In this document: one piece after another, positions 27,812-39,666 of the stretch
Layout of the letters: each line of letters starts with the position of its first letter
Position numbering within the stretch: position 1 is the first letter of the stretch
Source: Vermamoeba vermiformis
Lineage: Eukaryota
NCBI GenBank assembly: GCA_045837725.1
Contig: JBEWZL010000216.1
Span: 186,001 to 250,000, forward strand
Length of the DNA stretch: 64,000 nt
Reading direction: 5' to 3'
Program-made: the position numbers and the translations under genes
Notes under the pieces: model-generated
Told to the model about the DNA's origin: nothing
The model's input: only the letters and a program-made list of their open reading frames with translations
The model's database searches: none

Positions 27812-27895
27812 TTGAGATGATGATGTTAATTACCATCGATGATCAATAATACGCCAATGAAGGTATGTAACGGTAACTTTTGAATGACTGATCAA
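27812..27895 (+). ncRNA. Candidate box C/D snoRNA
   Basis: C box ATGATGA at 27817-27823, D box CTGA at 27888-27891, terminal stem TTGA/TCAA, internal D'/C'-like ATGA..ATGAAG; intergenic, 84 nt. Confidence 0.45.
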
Positions 27896-28415
27896 TCAAG
27901 ATCATCGTTGTGCAGCCTCAAATAATTCGGAAAATATCCTTGTTACATTCTAATAATTAGCTTTGCAATATTATGCAAATTTTGTTCTCCAGTTTTGCTA
28001 AATTTATTTTCGCAAATCCGTCGATCTAACCTCAAGCTATCCTATAGGATTGGTGCTCGAAAGGTCCTACTGCATCACTCGGTGAGTTGAGGTTACCCAT
28101 AATGCAGTAAGTTGACTTGTTAAAGAAGTGCAACTAGGATCATCTTTCGCGCTCACTATTTTTCACGTTAGATTTTACAATGATGTTCCATTAGTTCTGC
28201 GTAAATTCTCCTACGGAGCGTTACTTGGGTTCTCAATCCCTTATTTACTAATTTAGCTTGGTAAGGCAATTCTAATTTTCAGTTCATGAACTGGCCATAA
28301 ATTAGAGCTGGCGTAAATCTGCGGTGTGCTTTGTCAAGTCAAAACGACAGGGTCCAGTTATTTAACGAGATTTTTGGGCAGTTCTTTTTCGTACAAAAAA
28401 TAATTTGACAACGAG

Positions 28416-30225
28416 ATGTGGCAAGCAAAAAGCGCGTGCGGCGTAATAATTGCGTTGGCTTGTCTTATTGCTACGTCGCAGGGACGATTGATTATATATG
28501 ACGGAGACACTATGGTGGCTAACTATTCAACGGGACTAATAATTTACGAAGGTAAGCAAAACTACATCCGAAAACATTTCGAAATTGAACTTGCCAATGC
28601 AATACTGTGCAATTACTAACATGTACATTCTTGTTAGGATTAATAGAGAACCCACCTCGGCGGATTGTAGGCCCAGTTTGTACAGCAGAAAGTGCTGCGG
28701 CCGGATGCATCGTTTTGTTTTTCGAACCACCTCCACCTGAACGAATAGCGCGAAGAATGCAAGCCATCAACGCAGCTGCCGTAGTTACAGGGAATAACGG
28801 CTATCATATTGGCTTTGCAAACACGCAAGTGGATAACGGTGACACCAGCGACATCTGGATTCCTACTTACGACGTGCCAAGTTTTGACATGGACGCCTTA
28901 CTACTGCTCATGCAGGACCTGGAGAAGAATGGAGCCAATATTACAGGGACTTTAGAGTATGGTAAGAGCTTGACGAGTTATTTAAGGGAGCAAATCCACT
29001 TAGCCCAAAATAGACATGTCTAATTTAAGTTTATTATGAACAGAGCCTGATGACTGGGTACCCGCGATGAACTCATGGCTAGTTACAGCGGGCCAGGTCA
29101 TATTAGGAGCCGAACTCTTGAACAATTTAATTCTGGCGATAATTGTCTGGATTCGCTTTTTCAGAATCGTCGTCCATCGAAGAACAAGAGCCGTCATACC
29201 TCACATTGTCTTATCTTTCGTCATTATAGCGTCAATATGTAAGTCTATTTGATTTTTTACCTTTCAAGGCAATTACTTAACTCCGGTGTTACGACAGTGC
29301 AACTCGCTGGATTGCCAGATATAGCAGGATTTCGTAGAATTTATCCATGCACAGCTAAGATCGTCTTATTTACTGGTCCGAGTCCATTCATCCTCTCCGC
29401 CATTATTTTAATGACGTTTGCATGGTAAGCGTAAATTTAAAAAATTTCAATTGATTGCGTTGACTTTCCGTTGACCGAAATATTGATTAACCTTTTTAGG
29501 CACGAGTGTCTCTCGCAAAATTCCCTCAAAGTGAACGCGTTTCTGGATCGTGCCAAGCTCCCGTTTTTCATCGCTTGTGGAGTCTTCTTTGGCCTCATTA
29601 TAACATCGATCCTTATGCGCACGTTGACACTCGCCAACTACTTCTCATACATCGAGATTTCAATCTGGGTACTCGTGTCAATGGGCTTAGCTATCTTCTT
29701 CATTGTAACGGCAGTGCGCGTTTTCAAACAGATCCGAAAATCATCCTCGTTGAGCGAAAAGAAACGATCCAACTCTACTAAGGTACGTGTAACATATTAT
29801 ATTGATTTTCTACGCTATTTTCCTTCGAATTAAATTTCATGATCCAATTCAGATCTGCATGATGTTTGGGCCAAAGAGAAAACGATACTAGTATGATATT
29901 AATAATATCTTTCAGATCACTCGTTCGTTGATTTTCATCGCTGCTACGTTGCTGCATTACGCATTTTCGATCATCATTTCGGCTGGCTTGTTCGCCAAAT
30001 CTCCGTATCGTAAGCGAACGCAACTATTACTATATAAGGCAAAATTAATCCAACTATTCTCTTCTTATAGACGTTGTTGCTTTATATTTCTGGATGTACG
30101 TCGCTATTCACTTGATCTGCCTTGCAATCGTCCTTGCGTTCATGAACGCGCAACAATCGTGGAATACGAGCGGAACAACGCAAGTCAATACAACTAACGC
30201 AACCTATGAGCATAGCTCTGTGTAA
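28416..30225 (+). CDS. Signal peptide, PA-like extracellular domain and multi-pass (~7 TM) membrane protein
   Basis: Signal MWQAKSACGVIIALACLIATSQG; PA-like AGCIVLF...RRMQAINAAAVV...IPTYDV; several hydrophobic helices across spliced exons; stop at 30225. Confidence 0.75.
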
Positions 30226-30339
30226 TATAAAATTAAATATGTGTATAGAATTGATTTTTAATAGTTATTGACTTCGTCAAGCTTGATAGGGTGTTTTTTC
30301 GCGCTATTATAAGATTCTTAACTTTATACTACATCCAAT

Positions 30340-31317
30340 TCATTGTAATTTACAATTTTTGTCTTTCTGTTTATCGCTGTCTTTTGAGTCCTTGGTATTA
30401 TTATTAACGTTCTGTTTCACTTCACCGGATTCCACATAAATCGTTTCACAAAGCTTCTGAACGGCCTCTTGAACGTTTATATTGTTTTTAACGCTTACTT
30501 CCATCATTAATATTAAACGTTTCTTTTCATTATTTTCGTCTGCAATCATTTTTGCAATTAATTCTTCGATCTCGCCAGATCCGACTTTTCTATTATCAAC
30601 ATCGTCAATCTTATTCGCTACTATTAATACGTGACAGTTCTCCCTGGTGTATTTCCAAATATCCATGAACCATTTTTCTGCGTTTTCGAATGAAGCTCTG
30701 TTGGTTACATCCACGAACAATAACACTCCTTTCGCTCTATGATACGGAGAAGACATCCTACGAAACCTAAAATGGACGTTAGTAAGTACCTTTGAGCTGC
30801 TCAAAGGGTGAGTTTAGAGGATCCGTTGGCGGATGTCGCCGATCGTTTAGGGGTTTTTGATTTTTATAAGACTACGTCAATTAATTATTATGTAATTTAC
30901 CTAGCATTTTCGGACATGGTATCGTGCAATTCAGCGCGGACTATAACTCCTGCACAACTGGGAAGTGCCACCGTTTTGCGACACTACGCCAAAAATTAAT
31001 TTTTAATTTTCAATATTATAAACAAAATTAGTTAATTGTCTTGACGGCTTCAGATTTAATACTGTAATTCAAAATAATATTGTAAATTTTAATGAAATTA
31101 CGGATGCGGTCTTACTAGTTCGGCGTCATTTATTTCAGTAGGAGCATAAGACGAAGGAGCAGGCAATGGTTCACCACGAAATTGCTTGACAAACCAAGTC
31201 TTTCCGGTTTCTGGTTCTCCGACTAAGACTATCTGCCGAAAATTAGCATTGTAAAAGTAAATAGTAAAATTATCGGTGTAATACTTTATACTCCACATCG
31301 TATGAATTTTGTTCCAT
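30340..31317 (-). CDS. Divergent Rab-like small GTPase (copy 3 of tandem array)
   Basis: G1 GEPETGKT; G3 region ELHDTMSE; G4 NKID; G5 SVK; C-terminus CKLQ. Confidence 0.85.
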
Positions 31318-31692
31318 TGTTTAGCGCTAGAAATAAAAAAGTCTTTGCGAAAGAATCTTCACTTTGCAACTTTACTTCCTATTATGGAATCCAACGAACG
31401 CAAACCTTAGTTTAATAGCTAAGAGCACCGGTCGCATTTAGACGCCGTGACTAAGATTCTGTAATTGCCTTTTATGGTAATATATCCGCATTACGTTAAC
31501 CACTCTCCTACCGAACTATCTTGTGGAATGGAAACCAACCACTTTCCATTTATAGTAATACTGCTGACCAATAGCAAAGCAGCAATAAGTACAGTGCACG
31601 TGCTCATATTAAGTAAGACAAATTGACCACAGTAGAGATCTGGAGTTAGCAAGAGGAAACAGACGTATTTACTTACTTATTACGTTAATACA

Positions 31693-32567
31693 TTACATTA
31701 CTATACATCGAGGTTTTTCTTTCTTAACGGTAACACTAGCTGTTAATGTAACTCTATTTTGTGTATTCGCTTCGTTTTCCAGCATTCGCCTTAAAATACT
31801 TCTAGCAATCATTTGAAGTGCTTGGTCGACATTATAATTTTGTTTAGCACTAATTTCAATAAATTGTACGTCACGCTCTGTCCAATATTCACGGCAGTTT
31901 TGTTCGATGAAATCCAGAATCTCCTCGTTCCGAACTTTTCGGTTGGCTGCATCGTCTGATTTAGTTGCCACAACTAACACTCGCGCGTTTTCCATGGTAT
32001 ATCGATCGATCACCTGCAAATGTTGCATTAAACTGTTGAAAGACTCGCGAGAAGTTACATCCACGGTTACAATAACTCCATGTGCACCTCTAAAAGGACT
32101 AGCACCTATTCTACCAAACCTAATACAATAGCGTGAATTATATGACCGTTTTAATTCTGCTATACCTTTCTTCTTTGTGCTTCCACAGCAGCATTTTGAT
32201 TTTTTATCCGTTTCCGGATCTGTGATAGTTTTTATTTTCTAAAATACATAGTATTAACACTTAATGTCATATTATAATATTTTATAAAGTAGCGCTGCGA
32301 TAAATAAGAATAAATAATTTTTTAAAAATTAATTGTTCAAAAGTCGGATGTGGACTTACTAAATCAGCGTCGAGCTTTTGAAATACATTTACATCAGGTA
32401 TTAATTCTTCTACGACTCGCAATATAAACCACGACTTTCCTGACCCCGGATCGCCCGTTATTACTATCTAAATTGGGATCAGTAGCTGTTTAGTATTACG
32501 TAGTATACTAAAATTCTAATATTACCTTAAATAAGTAATCATGATCTTGATTTGTATTGTGTTGCAT
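31693..32567 (-). CDS. Divergent Rab-like small GTPase (copy 2)
   Basis: DHDYLFKIVITGDPGSGKS; G3 region LLWKHKEE; G4 TKSD; G5 SAK; CaaX CIVM. Confidence 0.85.
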
Positions 32568-32978
32568 TGTTTCAATGAAAAGTAGAATTCCATTAATCCG
32601 TTGTCGTTACAAATTCTTTGGTTGGATGAATTTGTCCGTTAAACGCTATTCTTAGATCTGAGGAAACTCCCTACTGCATCGATTTCGGACCCAGTCCCTC
32701 AGGTTCTCGGCGAACTCCCTGGCTTAATTCATTTCATCATCAAGCGAACCACTGACTTTCCGATATTGGTGCTACGCTTCCTAACATCTATTTCTACTCT
32801 TATTGAAGGAATGTATACTGCTCGACAGGCGCAAGACGGTAGTGTACTTCATAAGACATTAAAATGTTTCCAAACGCAGTGAAGTACCACCAACAACGGG
32901 TATCAAAAAGGGTTAGATCTCCACGACGTGTCATTGTAATGACGTTGTATTTGTCAGTAGTACAATCGAATATATAAT

Positions 32979-33858
32979 TTACATTACTATACACTTTTCT
33001 CTGTCTTTCTTGTTTGATGTTGCCGCAGCGGTTTGAGAATCCAGTTTAAGGCTTCTTAGTATCAGGTTAATTGCTTCCATAATATTGTGATCATTTTTAG
33101 AACTAATTTCTATAAACTGAACGGTTGTATTTCTCCACTCTTCTTTTTGCTCTTGGCCTTGGCGAATCGCATCCAGAATCTGCTCGTTAGACACTTGACG
33201 TTGCGCCAGATCGTCAGTTTTTGACGCCGCTATGACTATTTTGACGTTATCGATGGTGTCTTGATTAACCGTTTTGAACCAATATAGCATCTCGTCTAAA
33301 GATTTGCTCGACGTGACATCCACCAAATACAAAAGTCCATCAGCACCTCGATAACTCGTGTTCAAGGCGCCTCTCCTACATAAACGACGTTATTAAATAC
33401 TTACGTATGATCTGTTCACGTACACTCGATTGATGGACGAAGTATCCCAAAGTTGAATTTTGATCCTTTTATTTGTTTCCGGATCTGTAATTATTTTGGC
33501 TCTCTAAAATAACAAACGATATTAATACAATGGTTTTGCGTCATTTTTGTAATTTTTCGGTCTCGAATTATGCATCCAAGCAAAAAAAAAAATTCTCTTC
33601 TCGACTTACAAAATCAACGGTGAGAGTCGATGGATAATCTTCACGTGGTGCAAGAAATGGTTCGTTTGCAAACCTTCTTAAAAAACTCGTCTTTCCAGAC
33701 TCTGGTTCTCCAATCAAAAGGATCTACAAGAAAACTATTACACAAAACGTCCGTGGTCAGCCATAAATTGCTAATATTGAGGAAATATGGCACTAAATAG
33801 TTTTAAATACCTTGATTGAGTAATCAGGCTCCGCTTGGCTGTGGTTTGGTTGTTCCAT
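32979..33858 (-). CDS. Divergent Rab-like small GTPase (copy 1)
   Basis: ILLIGEPESGKT; IQLWDTSSINR; YRGADG; G4 SKTD; G5 SSK; CaaX CIVM. Confidence 0.85.
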
Positions 33859-34109
33859 TCACGACTCCAACAAATTAAACGCATAAAAAAGATAGATTTA
33901 AAACAAACCAAACGGCGGTGCAAATTGTGTCATAGTTGGCCAATGATAATTGAGCGTTGGTCAAGTACGGGACGCAAACGGGACGCGTACCTTTCTTCTC
34001 GTATTTGATCCTACCTCTAACCTACAAACTATATTTATTAGCTGAGAGCTTTAGCATACAATTAGAAACTAACGCTATTCATGCGAATTCTACGGCTTTT
34101 AGAGCGGAT

Positions 34110-35191
34110 CTAACTCTTCTTATGAAAAAGCGATTCGTTGCTCGAGTACGTGCCAAAGACCCTATCCCATATCGTAGATGTCGTAGCCAAGTTCTTAGCA
34201 TTACCGCAGTATCCGCTAATATAATGATGCGTATCGTGGAACTTGGTTTGAGTATGAAAAGGCAAGATGCGTAAAGGACTGAACGGAAACTCCCAGCCAG
34301 TGTGATGAGCGATGTCGATGCCAGTGCGAATGAATATATACAAGTATAGTACGAAGAGTGTAGGGCGGAATAATATGGCGCCAATGAAAGGACCAACACT
34401 GACGAGAAGCATTTCGAGCGGATGTACGTAGTTCGTAGCCAAGCCTGTAGGCTCTCTTATTTGGTGATGAAAAGAATGTACGTTCTCCCAAAGCCATTTA
34501 ACGTTATGCAAGGTGCGATGATTCCAATAAAACCTTAAAATAGCAAATTTTAAAATTAGATCGAACCTTGATCCTACTTTGTTGGCATTGTACTCACCAA
34601 AAATCATCAACAACGCTCATAGAATACATAGTCAAGAATGTTCTTATAAAACTGGGAATTTCATCGGTCGGCTACGAAAACAAAATCTTGTCAGATCTGT
34701 CGCAGACGGAATTAAATCAAATCCCATGACATACCTTGATAACCATCGGAAATAATATTAATCCAGCTAATGAGGCAACGAACAACGCTAGTTGCGATGT
34801 CAAACTAAAGTATGTCTTGGTTAACTAGACAGATCGATCTAATGTGAATTACCTTTGCTTAAGTAGCATCCAAAACGGATATTTAGTGCGCTCTATTTCG
34901 ATATAATGTTAGAGTTTCTCATCGATATTGCCAAACATGAGGTTGTCTTCGAAAGAAAATAATCGAATCTGTCAGATTACCTTGTTTGTAGAGGATCTTG
35001 TACTTGTTGTAATATGATTGCGGTGCGAATCTATCCAACAGCTCTCCAAATACGGATATAATAATATTCGAAGCTAAAGAGCAGAAGTACGGAATTAAAA
35101 CCCAGATGAGCAGAGGATTGTCGCGATTGTCGTCCACGAACAAAGTCCAACGCGCTTGCAACCCATCAAATATGATTCTTATGGTGTCCAT
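34110..35191 (-). CDS. Fatty acid hydroxylase superfamily / sterol desaturase or C4-methyl oxidase-like protein
   Basis: His boxes YWNHRTLH, VHSFHH, HH, FHDTHH; HPLE; WDRVFGT; hydrophobic N-terminus. Confidence 0.88.
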
Positions 35192-35860
35192 CAGTGGTAT
35201 CTTAATATTGATTTGCGTTGATGTTATTAGACTGCTTTGCGCTGAGAAAACTCGTCGCTCGTAGTCCGGATCCTAAAAAAAACAAAATTCAGCAGCCTAA
35301 AATAGCTGAATAATTGTGCAATTAAATATCCGTGTACCGAGAATTACTTAATTTTTGATCAACATATATACGAGACATACCCTTCAGAGCACTATTTGTT
35401 TAAAAATGCCGAGATACAATTTGCCAGTCATTAGCTAGAAAGTGATAATATTATAACATAGAATTGATTTGCTCGCGCTCATAAGACTCAAGACGAAGAA
35501 CAACGCGTTGTAGAGGAGGTCGCATTTGTTTTGGTTGGCTTGATTTTCTAAAAATGAAACGAATTAACGTACATGTATAATAAATTTTTATATCGCTAAA
35601 AATGTGAGTTCAATAATTTTCTGACGCATTAAATAAACTTGAGACAAATCCGGATTAAACACTTACAACAAAGACCAAAATGCCTTCTCTTCTCCAATTG
35701 TATCCTATTTGTATCTATTAATCTTCATTAAATTCATAAGCTAGTGGTGTGACTCATAAAAATGACAGACAAAATCGATCGAGCGCAAAAAAATCATTTA
35801 CCAAGGGCCTTTTCAAGACCACAAGCGTAATTTTTAAAAAAGCTATGTAATTGATTATTA

Positions 35861-38800
35861 ATGGAAGATTCGGTAAGCATACCTTACCATGGGGCTGGCC
35901 GCTTGGACTATGATTTATTTTTGAAAAATCAGGGAGTTAACGAATTGAAGAATGCCATTATAGAGGGTACGTATTCTTAGCGTTCATATTATATAAAATA
36001 TTTCCAAATAAAACTGAATCAAATTTAATTTTAGGCAACTTGGCGGATGTGGCTCGCTTGGTTTCAGAAGTCGCTAAGCTCGGTTTAAGCTATTTACAAT
36101 ACGAGCCACTTATTATTGAAGCCCTTAAGACCGAAAATTACGATATTTTAAAGTCAGTTTTGGATGTGGCGTTTGCACGTTACAACAGCAACCCGCTCGA
36201 ATGGACCTTTCGGGTAATTTTAATATTATTTTTAATATTATATATTTTAATAATACTATTTAATTAGCAAACCAAGCTCAAAGATAAGCCAATTGCAGCG
36301 AGAATTATAGCGGATTACATCGTGCAATTCAACTTAAATTTGCTGAACACGCCTTTTGTCGTGGGCGCATTATCGAATAATAATATACTGACGGGTGCAT
36401 TACGTAAGTGACGTAGCGAACGAGAACAAGTTTATTAGCGGTGTTGTTTTTTGGCGCTTGATCTGAAGGATCAGATCCGGATCTAGTCCTGTCAAGTTAT
36501 AATCCTATCCAACTAATTAATCATTGGAAGCTATGCATTAAGCTATTTTCATTTCTGTTCCAATTCATTTCCTATGATTTTCTAAATAACGAAGGGTCCT
36601 ATGAAATTTTTCTAATACAACTGACTCGATTTTAAGTATAATAGGAAAATTTTAAGTTTTGTTTTTTAATAATAGAATAGCCTTTTTAAAACTCGCAATT
36701 AATAACTTGACTTCCTTAGTTCAACTCAAGCGATGCAGTCGTCGCCGTCACAATCATCGAGTGCGGTGGCTCGTGTACATTTTGCACCAATCAGGTGCGT
36801 TGTCCTACGATGATTTGGTGAATGAACCGCGACTTTTGAGTGCGTTGGCTCAATGGCCAGAGATGGACTTGAGCGACTTTTTGCAGGCTCGTGTCAAGCG
36901 CAACGGCGCTGGTAAGTCAAGATCAATCTTATTTAACAGTAATAGTACCTATGAATAGTAAAATTATGATATAATCGTTGCGCGATTCTGTCTGTCAAAA
37001 AAATTAGTTGGATCCGGATGTCAAGATCTGCGTTTGCGGGACCTTAACAACCGACAATACTGTTATTGTGACAAAATTTCTTTACAAATTAAATTTTAAT
37101 TTTTATGTACATTTAATTCATAGTATTCGTAAAGGTTAAATTGGCAAACGAATCTAGATCCGCTAACTTTCGTTACAGATCGCACGTTGTTATACTGCGT
37201 TCTCATTGGCGATAGTCATCTCACGGAAAAATGGAAGTTCGTAAGGACATTGGAGTCTGTTTGCAGCGCAACCAAGCGAGAAGAAGATCTGCCGTACGGT
37301 ATTTTGAATCCGGATCTGACCGAGCTTGCCGCATGTATTATAACACACGAAACAAAGTTATTTGAACACTTTGTGGCAAAGAGCAATTGTCCGCCATTAG
37401 GTAAGTTTAATCAATTTTTGGAGCGACAAAATTAATTTTATTTCCAAATATAGACAAAACGATCGATCACGTGCCTTCGGTCACGTCACCAGCGGGCAGA
37501 AATCTTTCCCATTTTTTCGCCAAATATTGGGGGGCTAGAGATTTCTTCCAAATTGCTTATAAGATAAACTGTGACGCCTTTGATAAGATGTTAATTACAA
37601 GGTAATTTTTTAATTAGGAACGAAAATAATGCAAATTATTAATTCTTTTTGCAATTTTTAGTGACAAACAAGGAAACTATTCCGTGAACGACTTACTTCG
37701 GAATACTCATCCAAAAAAGCTAAACGGTAAGTCACTCAAGAAAAAATGTTTCCTTCAAATCGATTTTTAACGTTCAAATTACTCAGCCGAAGATTTTTGG
37801 AAGTTGATAAAAGCAGTTGAAACGATTATACGGCGAGATCAACACGAGATTGAAAAATTCACGTTCTTTCGTCGAGTCAGACTCTATTGGCTCGATAATT
37901 CATTGGCCTTGTATTTGCATCAAATTGGCTTCAGATATACACGGTTGTTAGAATCAATTGGAAGATGTATGTATGATAATTATTACAGATCCAGATCTGT
38001 TCAAATACCTTTGCTAAAATTTCCGCAAATTACTCTCAATTAATTACCCTTTTACAGACCTCCCACAACCTCCAAGATTGATGTCATTTGCAGCCAGTGA
38101 AATTCCAATAGAATTTCCAATCTATGAGTTACCAATTGATCTGATTGCACTAATCACAGCCAACTTCTCAACAGTGGATGTGTTTGCAATCTTTTGTGTG
38201 TCAAAGAAATGCTCCAAGATGAAGACATTGCTGTTGCAAAGTTCATTTTGGAATCAATACTTCAAAGCAAAAGGACCATTCAAACATGCACAGTACTTGA
38301 ATGTACCAAAAGAAATGCAAAGTGATTATGTTGCTTACCAAAATAGGCAAGTATAGAAAGTACAATGTCCACTACAAATTTGACAGATATTTTCAACTTG
38401 TTAAAAGTTAGACCCTTTGCTGACAATGGCATTTTAGGTTTGAAGTCTGCTTAAAACAAGGACTTACTGCATCAAGAGACCCAAGTCAACCATCTTTAAG
38501 CTGTTTTTTGGATCATATGACAACAGAGGTGATGGATGACAATTGGATCTTGTTGACAGATGGTAGTCCCAACAGATTGAGCTTAATGAACTGTTGGACA
38601 AACAACTTTGATCCACAAACAAAATTCCAAATTAAGCAAGATGAGGGAAACACAGTTGGAAACTTTGTAATTATTAATTCAACACCAACAGACCTGTCAT
38701 TTGGTTACATAGAAAGAAAATCCACCAATGACACATGTACCTGGCATACTTACCAAAATAGGCAACTAAGCAATTGTGTGAGTTTCAAAGCAACTGATAG

Positions 38801-39506
38801 TCAATTGATGAAGCCTATTTATCATAATGGAAAACTTTTCATTAGTATGTTCTTGAAAACTTGCTTGCATTTTGAAATGGACTTACAATTATTTTCTTTA
38901 GAGGGAGGATATTATGACGTCAGATGTGAAGCACCAAGTTTGACTGTGATCCCAAATTGCCATGATGTTCTAGATGTGAATCAATTGACAGGCATGTCTA
39001 TCTTCAGGGACTCAAGCTTTCGGGAATGGATTTTAGTTGACAAATCAGATCAAATTGTCACCAAGTTCTCTGCATTAATCACTTTTTCCTTCAATGGCAA
39101 AATCAGATTTATCAATGAACATTCTCTTGTAGCTTCTTGGAAAAATGGAATATACTTTTTCGACACAAGAAAAATGTCAAAGCAATACATCAATTATATG
39201 CAGACTGAAATTTACGTAAGTACAAAGTTTTAAAAAAATTGTTGAGTGACCTTTTAGTAGGTACCAAATATGGCTGGAGAAGCTGTGTTTAGCCCAACCA
39301 ATCAGTATGCTGTTCTATCAGACTCAGGTGGTGCTCGAACTGTCTGGGACCTTGACTCAAGAAGTTGTGTGAGTGCATTCCACCTCCATCACACAATCAG
39401 AATTTGTGGAATTAACACCAGATTTATGACCACTATGCCATATAGTTCCCCTGGTACAACATTGTACAGTTGGGATAATCAATCAATTGTTGTTGGCCAC
39501 AACTAA
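35861..39506 (+). CDS. Helical/ankyrin-like N-terminus, internal F-box, beta-rich (propeller-like) C-terminus; paralogue A
   Basis: Spliced MEDS|GVNELKNAIIE|GNLADVARLV; F-box IYELPIDLIALITANFSTVDVFAIFCVSKK; collinear with the minus-strand paralogue. Confidence 0.75.
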
Positions 39507-39666
39507 TTTTGGAAAGTGAACGGTCTTTAGTTGTTGTAACAGGAGGTGTTTTCAAAAAATGTGAAGAAAGAATAATTTTATTTGTGCACTAATTAATTGG
39601 TTGACTATGGCACTCATGCCACAAGCAAAAAAAAAAGCTTCTTAATTCTAGGAAGCATTCAGCTGT

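Noticed and set aside
28027-28110. HDV-like or hammerhead ribozyme call
   Set aside because: The topology is loosely similar, but the conserved L3, P1.1 and J4/2 or CUGAnGA/GAAA cores are not properly present on either strand.
31400-31470. tRNA-like sequence upstream of the Rab genes
   Set aside because: There is only a loose A-box resemblance, with no T arm or acceptor stem.
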